From positions 390,001 through 422,000 of the forward strand of contig OY759724.1 in the NCBI GenBank assembly GCA_963662715.1: a DNA stretch of 32,000 nucleotides. Reading direction: 5' to 3'. The notes below the pieces were generated by a model. The model did not search any database and had not been told where the DNA came from. It worked only from the letters and a program-made list of their open reading frames with translations. The DNA is from Candidatus Omnitrophota bacterium. GTDB taxonomy: Bacteria; Omnitrophota; Gorgyraeia; Zapsychrales; JANLHA01. Shown piece after piece: positions 1-8,253 of the stretch (position 1 is its first letter; each line of letters starts with the position of its first letter). The position numbers and the translations under genes are program-made.

Positions 1-91
1 AGGCAACTGCAGAAAATACAGACAGCTGATAATAATACTACTAAAAATACTCTATACATGCCCTTGATTATAGGGGGTAAGCTTTTCTGTG

Positions 92-1423
92 TCAATCAAC
101 ATATGCAAGATTTTCGAATCTCATATATTCTTTTATAAAAGAAAGCTTTATGGTGCCGACCGGTCCATTGCGTTGCTTGGCAATGATAACCTCAGCAACC
201 CCTCTATTCTCCTCTGTAGGATTATAATACTCCTCACGCATTAAAAGACACACCAAATCAGCGTCCTGTTCTATCGCCCCTGATTCTCTCAGGTCGGACA
301 ATTGCGGCCGATGATCCTGCCGGCTTTCGACAGCCCGCGACAGCTGGCTTAAAGCGATAATGGGAACTCCCAGCTCCCGTGCCAGCGCTTTGATAGATCT
401 GGATATTTCAGAAATTTCTTGTTGCCGGCTTTCGGTTTTCATCGTGCCCCGCATCAACTGCAAATAATCTACGATAATCAGCTGAATATCATGATGGGAC
501 TTCAGCCTTCTTGCCTTCGCCCGTAATTCCAGGGCTGAAATAGCCGGCGTGTCGTCAATGAATATTTTAGAAGTGGACAGTTTTCCCGCGGCAGACGTCA
601 ATTTCGGCCAGTCAGAGGGTGATAAAAACCCTGACCGGACCTTATGAGCATCGACCCGGGCCTGGGAACAAAGCATACGCTGCACCAGCTGTTCTTTGGA
701 CATTTCCAGGCTAAAAAAGGCAACACCTTTCTTCTGATCAATACCGATATGCTCCATAATGGAGGCGGCCAAAGCACTTTTCCCCATGGAAGGCCTGCCG
801 GCCATAATGATCAGATCCGCCGGCTGCAAGCCGGATGTCATGCGGTCAAATTCCGTGAAGGCTGTCGGCAATCCTGTGACATGCTCTTTTCTTTGATAAA
901 GACTGTCAATCTTCTCAATGCTGGATTTTACGAGTTCTTTAATATGCACCGACTGCTGCCGGTGCTTTAAGTCTGAAATTTCAAAGATAAGTTGTTCCGC
1001 CTTGTCGACGATCTGGCCCACATTCCCTTTGTTCTCATAACAATAATTAACGATCTGGGTGGCATTCTTGATAAGCTGACGTAAAATACCCCGCTCTTTG
1101 ACGATCTGGGCATAGTGTTCGACATTCGCGGCCGTGGGAACCATATCAATCAGCATGGACAGATACGGAATACCCCCGACGGAATCAATGACACCGTCAT
1201 TTTTAAGCTTATCCGAAAGAGTTACGAGGTCGACGTTCTTGCGGTTATTGTATAAATCAAGAATGGCGGAATAAATCTGGCTGTGGGTGTTTTCGTAGAA
1301 CCAGGATTCGTCCAGAATCTCTAAAGCCGTACCGATGGCCTCATCGTCTATCATCATAGCACCCAGAACCGATTTTTCGGCCTCGAGATTTTGGGGAGGG
1401 ATCATTATTTCTTCGCTACCCAT
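92..1423 (-). CDS. dnaB: Replicative DNA helicase DnaB
   Basis: 443-aa ORF. N-terminal PPQNLEAEKSVLGAMM motif, Walker A GRPSMGKSA, and a RecA-like C-terminal domain (VDYLQLM, SQLSR). An alternative ATG at 1403-1405 forms a TAATG overlap with the rplI stop. Confidence 0.95.
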   Translation of the reverse strand: MGSEEIMIPPQNLEAEKSVLGAMMIDDEAIGTALEILDESWFYENTHSQIYSAILDLYNNRKNVDLVTLSDKLKNDGVIDSVGGIPYLSMLIDMVPTAANVEHYAQIVKERGILRQLIKNATQIVNYCYENKGNVGQIVDKAEQLIFEISDLKHRQQSVHIKELVKSSIEKIDSLYQRKEHVTGLPTAFTEFDRMTSGLQPADLIIMAGRPSMGKSALAASIMEHIGIDQKKGVAFFSLEMSKEQLVQRMLCSQARVDAHKVRSGFLSPSDWPKLTSAAGKLSTSKIFIDDTPAISALELRAKARRLKSHHDIQLIIVDYLQLMRGTMKTESRQQEISEISRSIKALARELGVPIIALSQLSRAVESRQDHRPQLSDLRESGAIEQDADLVCLLMREEYYNPTEENRGVAEVIIAKQRNGPVGTIKLSFIKEYMRFENLAYVD

Positions 1424-1848
1424 ACGCGTATCTTCGCCGTTACCTGTGGATGCAGTTTAATCCCGACTTCGTAAATACCGAGATCTTCGATAGCCTGCTC
1501 AATGATGATTTTCTTTTTGTCAATATCAAATCCTTCCACATCCAAGGCCCGGACAATATCTATTTCCGTAACAGAGCCGTACAATTTATCTAAATCATTG
1601 ACTTCGACCGTAACCGTGCAGGACACTTTGCTCAACTTCTCGGCCAATGCCTCGGCTTCCCGGAGGGCCCGTTCATTCTCAGCTTCTTGTTTAGCTTTTT
1701 GTTTTTCTATTCTCTTCAAATTAGCAGCCGTTGCCACATAAGCGATCTTTTGCGGAATCAAAAAATTCCGGGCATAACCATCCTTAACGTTAACGACGTC
1801 TCCGATTTTTCCAAGTTTACGCACATCTTGACATAATATCACTTCCAT
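1405..1848 (-). CDS. rplI: 50S ribosomal protein L9
   Basis: ORF trimmed to MEVILCQDV (ATG at 1846-1848), preceded by a GAGGG Shine-Dalgarno sequence. L9 signature VKDGYARNFLIP. Classic rpsF-ssb-rpsR-rplI-dnaB context. Confidence 0.9.
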   Translation of the reverse strand: MEVILCQDVRKLGKIGDVVNVKDGYARNFLIPQKIAYVATAANLKRIEKQKAKQEAENERALREAEALAEKLSKVSCTVTVEVNDLDKLYGSVTEIDIVRALDVEGFDIDKKKIIIEQAIEDLGIYEVGIKLHPQVTAKIRVWVAKK

Positions 1849-1911
1849 GGATTTACCCTCTCTTCGTTTAAACTTTAACCGGCCCGAAAACACAAAAACA
1901 TCGTTTCGAAA

Positions 1912-2166
1912 TTATCGTCTCTTCGAACTGCCGACCGATATTAACCCTAAATATCTTGCCCGTTTGACAGCTTGGGTCAGATCCCGCTGATCCTTACCTT
2001 TAATACCGGTAATCCGCCGGGAAAGGAGCTTCCCTCGGTCTGTCAGATACCTCTGCAACAGTGATAAATTTTTATAATCGATCTTTGCATCTTTGGGCAG
2101 GACATATTTCGATGTCCGTTTCTTCAGCGTCCTTTTGGGACCCATTCTAGTCATTCTTCGCTTCAA
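1912..2166 (-). CDS. rpsR: 30S ribosomal protein S18
   Basis: 84-aa basic ORF with the S18 core (IDYKN..LLQRY..RGK...RR.TG....QR.L..AVKRARYL). TTG start at 2166 with an AAGGGAGG SD 6 nt upstream. Confidence 0.9.
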   Translation of the reverse strand: MKRRMTRMGPKRTLKKRTSKYVLPKDAKIDYKNLSLLQRYLTDRGKLLSRRITGIKGKDQRDLTQAVKRARYLGLISVGSSKRR

Positions 2167-2324
2167 TTGATACCTCCCTTATAACCTTTATTCTTGTTAA
2201 TGCCCCACATGACGATCCCCGGGCAACAACCTAAAAACACTCCCTGCCAAAACCGCACAAGAAACAGTACGGATGTTATTCCTCCCGCAACACATCAACA
2301 AACGGCATAATCGCTCATAATCCA

Positions 2325-2780
2325 TTACTCATCCCAGGCGATATCTTCCGGACTGATGCTGTCATCAAACGCCGCCCCCGTTGATGCGGCAAGTCCTTCC
2401 ATCGCCCGCACAGGTTCGGCCTCTCCTGTCGCATCCACCCGCCCCGGGGAAAATTTCCCCAAGAACTGCACTCTTTCAGCCCGCACGTCGATGGTGCTGC
2501 GTTTCTGTCCATCTGTCGTCTCCCAGGAACGAGATTGCAGAACCCCTTCAACAAAAATCGGACTGCCTTTCTGCAAATATTGACAGCAGGCCTCTGCCTG
2601 TTTATCCCAAACAGTGACGGTCAAAAAACAAACATCTTCTTTCAACTCTCCTGACTTATCACGAAACCGGCGATTCACAGCGACACCCAAGTTAGCCACA
2701 GCTACCCCGGCAGGAGTATACCTTAATTCCGGATCTCGAGTTAAGTTCCCAATTAAGAAGACCTTGTTCAAATTCGCCAT
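2325..2780 (-). CDS. ssb: Single-stranded DNA-binding protein
   Basis: 151 aa. OB-fold N-terminus MANLNKVFLIGNLTRDPELRYTP, a flexible linker and an acidic C-terminus. Sits between rpsF and rpsR. Confidence 0.9.
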   Translation of the reverse strand: MANLNKVFLIGNLTRDPELRYTPAGVAVANLGVAVNRRFRDKSGELKEDVCFLTVTVWDKQAEACCQYLQKGSPIFVEGVLQSRSWETTDGQKRSTIDVRAERVQFLGKFSPGRVDATGEAEPVRAMEGLAASTGAAFDDSISPEDIAWDE

Positions 2781-2851
2781 TTCACCCTCCTCAACAATAG
2801 TGTTTAACGTTAACCATAAAATTTACTCAACACTGACTCCGCGCTCCTCTC

Positions 2852-3136
2852 CTAAACTTTAACAATGAGAGAACGCAGAACTTTTTCGTTAATTTTTAAA
2901 AGTTGTCTTATTTTGACGAGAGAGGATCGGGGACTTTCAAAATTTATTAAATAATACGTCCCTTCGGTCCGTTTCTTCATACGAAATGAAAATTTCTGTT
3001 TATCCAGCCAGACCTGACTGTTAATAACCTGTCCGTCGCATTTCCCTATCGTATCACAGACTTCCTTATTGACTTTTTCTTTTTCTTCCTGTAGAAGTGT
3101 AGCATCAACAATCACCACGAGTTCGTATTTATCCAT
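2852..3136 (-). CDS. rpsF: 30S ribosomal protein S6
   Basis: 94-aa ORF (MDKYELVVIVD...) at the head of the rpsF-ssb-rpsR cluster. Its start overlaps the pth stop by 8 nt. Confidence 0.9.
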   Translation of the reverse strand: MDKYELVVIVDATLLQEEKEKVNKEVCDTIGKCDGQVINSQVWLDKQKFSFRMKKRTEGTYYLINFESPRSSLVKIRQLLKINEKVLRSLIVKV

Positions 3137-3704
3137 TTCCTTTCCTTTTGTTAAATTGACTCATAACCTTGCTTATATCTTCTTTTAACCATAATTCACA
3201 GCATGCGATTCCTTTTTTAACAAATATCTCCAGATCTTTTTTCTCCTCCTGGCTAAACTCTGACAGGACATAATCGGCGGCTTCCCAACCTGCCGGCGGG
3301 GCTCCGACCCCCATCCTTAACCTGACAAAAGCCTCAGAACTCAAGTGCTGGATAACAGAAGAAAGCCCGTTGTGCCCGCCGTCGCTCCCCTGGGGTCTTA
3401 AACGGCATTGTCCGAACGGCAGATGAAAATCATCACACACAATTAAAATCCGCTCCGAAGGGACCTGATAATAAGACGACAGGCTCTTTACGGCTACGCC
3501 CGACTGATTCATAAAAGTCAGCGGCATGAGCAATAGACATTTCTTGTCAAAAACCGCCCCCTCAGCCACCAGACCTTTACAGACCCGGCTCGGTTTAAAC
3601 GTCATATGATGATCACGGGCCAAAGCCTCTAAAACCATGAATCCCAGATTATGCCGCGTCCTGGAATACTCTGCTCCGGGGTTCCCTAATCCAACAATAA
3701 TCAT
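3129..3704 (-). CDS. pth: Peptidyl-tRNA hydrolase
   Basis: Family N-terminus MIIVGLGNPG..Y..TRHNLGF and HNGL motif. Start placed at ATG 3702-3704 by family alignment. The ORF stays open up to a TTG at 3755, which has no SD. Confidence 0.85.
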   Translation of the reverse strand: MIIVGLGNPGAEYSRTRHNLGFMVLEALARDHHMTFKPSRVCKGLVAEGAVFDKKCLLLMPLTFMNQSGVAVKSLSSYYQVPSERILIVCDDFHLPFGQCRLRPQGSDGGHNGLSSVIQHLSSEAFVRLRMGVGAPPAGWEAADYVLSEFSQEEKKDLEIFVKKGIACCELWLKEDISKVMSQFNKRKGNG

Positions 3705-3769
3705 ACGATGATCTTCAGTCAATCCTTTATACGTCCGTAATGGGTCTTCAGACAAAAAATTATTTTCAA

Positions 3770-4453
3770 TTAGGACTTATCCGAGGCCGCATCCTTGCCT
3801 TCTGCCGGTTCGGCTTTCTTCTCCTTGATAACTTCCGGCTCTGTCTGTTCTGCGCCAGCCTCCCCTTCTTCTGCCTCCTCTTTCATCGGAGGCACAACGG
3901 TACAGACAATCGCTTCCGGGTCATGTTCTGTCCGAACCCCTTCCGGCAGGACAACATCTTTGACATAAATGCTGTCACTGATTCCTAAGGCCGAGACATC
4001 AATATCAATATGCTGAGGGATATTCATGGGCAAACAGATAACATCCAGTTCCCACAGGTGATGTTCCAAAGAGCCGTGATCTTTCTTAACCCCGGGAGCT
4101 TCCCCTTTGGTTTGAATCCCCACCTTAACTTCTATTTCCTGGGTCAAAGAAATGATATTGAAATCCACATGCAGGATCTCATCGGAAACAGGGTCCCGCT
4201 GCTCCTCCTTGATAATGGCTGGATAGTCTTTCACAGCCGTATCGCCGTCAAAAATATTCAAGTGAAAAACAACGCTCTCCCCGGCGTGGGAACGGAGAAT
4301 TTTCTCAAATATTTTCTTATCCATTTTTACAGGCAGAGGTTCTGCGTCCTTACCATAAATGATTGCGGGGATACATGCCTGTCTGCGGACCTGCTTAATA
4401 TGCTGTCCGCCGATTTCCTTGCGGGCTTGAACATCTAATTTAATCTCTTCCAT
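3770..4453 (-). CDS. rplY: 50S ribosomal protein L25 / general stress protein Ctc
   Basis: 227 aa. L25 N-terminal domain (R...GK...R..G.IPAIIYG) plus the Ctc-type C-terminal domain and an acidic/Lys-rich tail. prs-ctc-pth synteny. Confidence 0.85.
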   Translation of the reverse strand: MEEIKLDVQARKEIGGQHIKQVRRQACIPAIIYGKDAEPLPVKMDKKIFEKILRSHAGESVVFHLNIFDGDTAVKDYPAIIKEEQRDPVSDEILHVDFNIISLTQEIEVKVGIQTKGEAPGVKKDHGSLEHHLWELDVICLPMNIPQHIDIDVSALGISDSIYVKDVVLPEGVRTEHDPEAIVCTVVPPMKEEAEEGEAGAEQTEPEVIKEKKAEPAEGKDAASDKS

Positions 4454-4504
4454 TTTACTTGACCTGCCTTTTCTTGATTATTATTCTTTAAAACCTCAAC
4501 ATTT

Positions 4505-5458
4505 TTAATGCCGGGTATGTTCAAACAAACAACTCACCGACTCTTCATTATGAATCCGCTGTATGGCTTCAGCCAATAACGGAGCAATGGTTATAACTTT
4601 AATCTTCGGATTCTCCGCCGTCTTCTTGAACGGGATGCTGTCGGTAATAAGAACCTCCTCCAGGACATCGCATTGCTGAATCCTCTGCAAGGCGTTCCCC
4701 GAAAGCACGCCATGGCTGATGGCCGCGCAAACGCTCAGGACGCCCTTTTTTTTCAGAGCCTCCGCCGCCTCAACCAGGGATCCTGCCGTGGCCACAATGT
4801 CATCCACGAGAATAGCAACTCTGTCTTTCACTGATCCCAGAATATGCATCACTTCGGTCTTCTCCGGACTCGTACGTCTCTTATCGATTACGGCCAAACC
4901 CGCGTTAAGGTTTTTCGCATAGGCCCGGGCCATCTTCAAACTCCCGACATCAGGAGACACAACGACAATTTTATGATCCGACTTCTTTTTCTGAATAGTG
5001 TCGCACAAGGTATTAATGGCATATAAATGGTCCACGGGAATATCAAAAAAACCCTGAATCTGGCTCGCATGCAAATCCATGGACAAAACCCGGTTCGCCC
5101 CGGCCGCATTCAGCAGATTCGCGACCAACTTGGCCGTAATAGGCACCCGCGGCTGATCTTTTCTGTCCTGGCGGGCATACCCGTAATACGGCATCACGGC
5201 GGTGATCCTTTTCGCCGAAGCCCGACGGGCAGCATCCATCATGACGAGCAACTCCATTAAATTATCATTTGTCGGAGGACATGTCGGCTGGATAATAAAA
5301 ACATCCTTGCCCCGGACATTGTCCTTAATCTGAATCCGGACCTCTCCTTCACTGAAACGGCCGACGAAGACATCCGCCAAAGGGGCTTTCAGACATTTAC
5401 AGATTGCTTTTGCAAGTTCGGGATTGGCGTTGCCGCTAAAGACCGCCATGCCGTTCAT
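4505..5458 (-). CDS. prs: Ribose-phosphate pyrophosphokinase (PRPP synthetase)
   Basis: 317 aa. Motifs MPYYGYARQDRK, DLHASQIQGFF and the PRPP-binding loop VDDIVATAGS. Confidence 0.95.
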   Translation of the reverse strand: MNGMAVFSGNANPELAKAICKCLKAPLADVFVGRFSEGEVRIQIKDNVRGKDVFIIQPTCPPTNDNLMELLVMMDAARRASAKRITAVMPYYGYARQDRKDQPRVPITAKLVANLLNAAGANRVLSMDLHASQIQGFFDIPVDHLYAINTLCDTIQKKKSDHKIVVVSPDVGSLKMARAYAKNLNAGLAVIDKRRTSPEKTEVMHILGSVKDRVAILVDDIVATAGSLVEAAEALKKKGVLSVCAAISHGVLSGNALQRIQQCDVLEEVLITDSIPFKKTAENPKIKVITIAPLLAEAIQRIHNEESVSCLFEHTRH

Positions 5459-5490
5459 AAAGTTCTCCTCTCATTGTAAAAAGACACCGG

Positions 5491-6750
5491 TTATCCTTTC
5501 TTCTTATTGACAATCCGCCCCGGGACTCCCACGACGACACTCTTCGGGGGGATTTTTTTCCCTCGGGTTACAACACACCCGGCGCCGGTCATCGCCTTTG
5601 CGCCAAGCTGAACAGGTGCCACCAGAATGGAATCCGATCCCACAAAAGCATGATTCCCCACATAAGTTTTGTTTTTGTTTTTCCCGTCATAGTTGGCGGT
5701 AACGACCCCGGCTCCGATATTGACATGATGGCCGATTCTGGCGTCCCCGAGAAAACTGAAATGTTTCATAAAACAATGCTCTCCCAGGACAGAACGGGAA
5801 ACCTCCGCAAAATTTCCGATCTCGACATTCTTCCCGATTCTTGTTCCCGGACGTATTCTTGCAAAAGGGCCAATAACGCAGCCGGAACCTATCGAAACAT
5901 TTTCTTCAATGAATGTGCAGGGCCGGATGACCGTATCTTTTCCGATCCGGACATCAGCGTTAATATACGTCGTCCGGGGATCAACAATCGTCACCCCGGA
6001 AGCCATGAGTTTCTTTAAAATCCGCTGACGTAATATCGCCCCGGCCACAGCCATATCTTCCCGGGAATTAATGCCCAATCCTTCTGAGGGTTCCGGAGTC
6101 TCAACGGTTTCTATGCCGGCGCCCTGTCCCGATAAAATAGCAATGACATCCGTCAAATAATATTCTTTCTTGCGTTTATTCAAAGATACTTTTCGAATGG
6201 CCTGGAAAAGGATGTCCTTCTTAAAACAATATACCCCGACATTGATTTCTCCTATGGCTTTTTCGGCAGGCGTGGCGTCCTTTTCTTCTCTGATGGCCAC
6301 CACTTTCCCGCGGTCGTCACGGATAATCCGGCCATAGCCAAAACTGTTTCCGACCTTCGCCGTCAGGAACGTACAGTCCGCTTTTTGGGCCTGATGCCGG
6401 CGCACCAACCTTTTAACCGTATCCCGCCGGAGCAGAGGAGTATCCCCGCAGAGGATCAGGATGTCGCCATGATAATTCCGGAAAAAACGTTCCCCCTGCC
6501 GCACAGCGTCCGCTGTCCCCAAAAGCTTCTTCTGTTCGTAAACACCGATATCCTCACCCAACGTTTTCTGGATCCGGGGCATTTGATGACCTAAAACGAC
6601 ATAAGTTTTCAAAGAACCTATCGCTTTGACGATATCGAGGACATATTGAATAAGGGGTTTCCCGCATAAGGGATGAAGGACTTTGGGAACCCGCGATTTC
6701 ATGCGGGTCCCTTTTCCTGCGGCAAGAATTATGGTCTGGATATGTTTCAT
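5491..6750 (-). CDS. glmU: Bifunctional GlcNAc-1-P uridyltransferase / GlcN-1-P acetyltransferase (GlmU-like)
   Basis: 419 aa. N-terminal nucleotidyltransferase motif LAAGKGTRMKS..PKVLH and a C-terminal left-handed beta-helix of hexapeptide repeats. Shorter than the E. coli enzyme. spoVG-glmU-prs synteny. Confidence 0.85.
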   Translation of the reverse strand: MKHIQTIILAAGKGTRMKSRVPKVLHPLCGKPLIQYVLDIVKAIGSLKTYVVLGHQMPRIQKTLGEDIGVYEQKKLLGTADAVRQGERFFRNYHGDILILCGDTPLLRRDTVKRLVRRHQAQKADCTFLTAKVGNSFGYGRIIRDDRGKVVAIREEKDATPAEKAIGEINVGVYCFKKDILFQAIRKVSLNKRKKEYYLTDVIAILSGQGAGIETVETPEPSEGLGINSREDMAVAGAILRQRILKKLMASGVTIVDPRTTYINADVRIGKDTVIRPCTFIEENVSIGSGCVIGPFARIRPGTRIGKNVEIGNFAEVSRSVLGEHCFMKHFSFLGDARIGHHVNIGAGVVTANYDGKNKNKTYVGNHAFVGSDSILVAPVQLGAKAMTGAGCVVTRGKKIPPKSVVVGVPGRIVNKKKG

Positions 6751-6815
6751 TCAGTTTCGTTACCACTCATAAACTCAAACAAAAAATCTCAACCCCTTGC
6801 AAACTCCTCAAAAAA

Positions 6816-6890
6816 TGGCTGCCCAGCCTGGACTCGAACCAGGAAAACGAGATCCAAATTCTCGTGTGTTGCCAATTACACCACCGGGCA
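6816..6890 (-). tRNA. tRNA-Gln (anticodon TTG)
   Basis: 75-nt cloverleaf folded by hand on the minus strand. Acceptor TGCCCGG/CTGGGCA with U1-A72 and discriminator G. D-stem GTGT/ACAC. Anticodon stem CGAGA/TCTCG with loop ATTTGGA. T-arm CCTGG-TTCGAGT-CCAGG. CCA is encoded. Confidence 0.9.
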
Positions 6891-6929
6891 ATTTTCCGTT
6901 AAATTATAACGACATGAAATTTCACGAAC

Positions 6930-7328
6930 CTATACTTCCACCCCACTTGCAGAGGAAGGATTTTTGACTTCTTCCTTATAGGCCTCTAAAATCCTCGTTT
7001 GCAAATACTCTCGAAATTTCTGGGTCACAGGATGAGCAATATCGCGATGCTCTGATTTCGCATCACGTGTGGCATCGTCTTTATCCTGGGGTGCCAATTG
7101 AGCCCCGCAGTGATTACAATATCGACTGCCAACTTCATTCTTAAAAGTACATTTAGAACACTGGGTCTTAACTTTTCGGGAAGGCATGGCGATAAACAAC
7201 CCATTGGCTCCTTCAATCACTTTAATATTTCTTACGACAAAGACATCATCGAAGGTAACTGTTGTGTATGCTTTCAGTTTCTTGTCCTGACCTTCCTTCA
7301 AAAACACGCGAATTTCTGTAATTTCCAT
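6930..7328 (-). CDS. spoVG: SpoVG-family regulator with an inserted zinc-ribbon
   Basis: 132 aa. MEITEIRVF...FDDVFVVRNIKVIEGANGLFIAMPSRK and HRDIAHPVTQKFRE match SpoVG. A roughly 40-aa insertion between them carries CSKC-x10-CNHC. Confidence 0.85.
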   Translation of the reverse strand: MEITEIRVFLKEGQDKKLKAYTTVTFDDVFVVRNIKVIEGANGLFIAMPSRKVKTQCSKCTFKNEVGSRYCNHCGAQLAPQDKDDATRDAKSEHRDIAHPVTQKFREYLQTRILEAYKEEVKNPSSASGVEV

Positions 7329-7344
7329 GGTTGCTAACCTCCTA

Positions 7345-8205
7345 TTAAAGTGTTCTTACGACGAAAACCTGACTGTACTTTCTCAACAATAACACTTTTA
7401 GTTTTTCAGCCTGTTGTTTGGATTGAACTAAACCGAAGATGGCTGGGCCGCTTCCCGAAAATGATACCCCCTCCACCTCTCTATATGCTCTTAATCGTTC
7501 CATAATTTTGCCTAAAGAGGAACGAATCTCTAAGATACTATTTTCCAAATCGTTACACAACAGGGTTTTAACTCTATTTATATTCTTATCTTTTAAATAG
7601 CGAATTAGAATATTAACATCATCCCCCGGCTTTGTCAACTGCAAATTAAGCCTCGCAAATACTTCTCGGCTATACATTTTTATGCTTGGAACCACCAAAA
7701 TATGCCATAATTTTGTCCGCAACTTTATCTTTTGAATATCATCCCCCCGGCTGCATCCCAGCCCCCAGCTGCAATCATGCAGGAAGAAGGGGACATCACT
7801 TCCCACCTCTTTTGCCAGAGCAATCAGGTCCGCCCTGGACAGCTTAAGTTGCCACAAGTCGTTCAGCCCTTTCAAAGTCGTGGCGGCATTGCTGGATCCG
7901 CCAGCAAGACCTGCGGCAACAGGGATCCGCTTATCGATCGTGACATCCACGCCTTCTTTGACTTGAAATTTTCTCTTAAGGAGAAGGGCCACCTGATAGA
8001 TCAAATTCTTCGGGCCGCAGGGGACATGACGGTGCCGGCAATGGATACGGATATCCCCTAAACGATTCGGCTTAAAAGTCAGGTCATCAAATAAATCAAT
8101 ACGCTCAAACAATGTTTCTAAGTCATGATAACCATCAGGACGCTTTCGGAGGACCTTAAGATACAGGTTTAATTTGGCAGGAGAACGAAGCGTAACAACT
8201 TTCAT
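7345..8205 (-). CDS. ispE: 4-diphosphocytidyl-2-C-methyl-D-erythritol kinase
   Basis: 286 aa GHMP kinase. PAKLNLYLKV N-terminus and ATP motif PVAAGLAGGSSNAA. Confidence 0.9.
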   Translation of the reverse strand: MKVVTLRSPAKLNLYLKVLRKRPDGYHDLETLFERIDLFDDLTFKPNRLGDIRIHCRHRHVPCGPKNLIYQVALLLKRKFQVKEGVDVTIDKRIPVAAGLAGGSSNAATTLKGLNDLWQLKLSRADLIALAKEVGSDVPFFLHDCSWGLGCSRGDDIQKIKLRTKLWHILVVPSIKMYSREVFARLNLQLTKPGDDVNILIRYLKDKNINRVKTLLCNDLENSILEIRSSLGKIMERLRAYREVEGVSFSGSGPAIFGLVQSKQQAEKLKVLLLRKYSQVFVVRTL

Positions 8206-8253
8206 ACGATATCACCTAAACAAGCCAAGCAACAGTGTTTTCTCAGACATTTA

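Noticed and set aside
1849-1893. 15-codon extension of rplI (MFSGRLKFKRREGKS)
   Set aside because: L9 proteins begin at M-x-V-I-L, and a GAGGG SD sits directly upstream of the internal ATG at 1848.
2315-2554. Same-strand alternative-frame ORFs inside ssb (2315-2554), spoVG (7025-7216), the dCMP deaminase gene (25052-25279) and the TMTC-like gene (28756-28980, 29194-29472, 29456-29794)
   Set aside because: They are embedded in well-supported frames and offer no independent start signals or motifs.
4010-4438. Long antisense ORFs opposite real genes. Examples: 4010-4438, 14234-14641, 18867-19265, 24547-24993 and 27533-27961, plus many shorter ones at 644-970, 5650-6018, 7732-8061, 11103-11420 and elsewhere.
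   Set aside because: Each lies fully inside a gene with strong family motifs on the other strand. Their compositions are typical of shadow frames (Arg/Ser/Leu/Pro-rich). They have no SD or recognisable motif.
6751-6929. tRNA-Gln as an integration hotspot or boundary of a mobile island
   Set aside because: There is no integrase, excisionase or phage gene nearby, and I saw no repeat of the tRNA 3' end. The flanks are the conserved spoVG and glmU neighbours.
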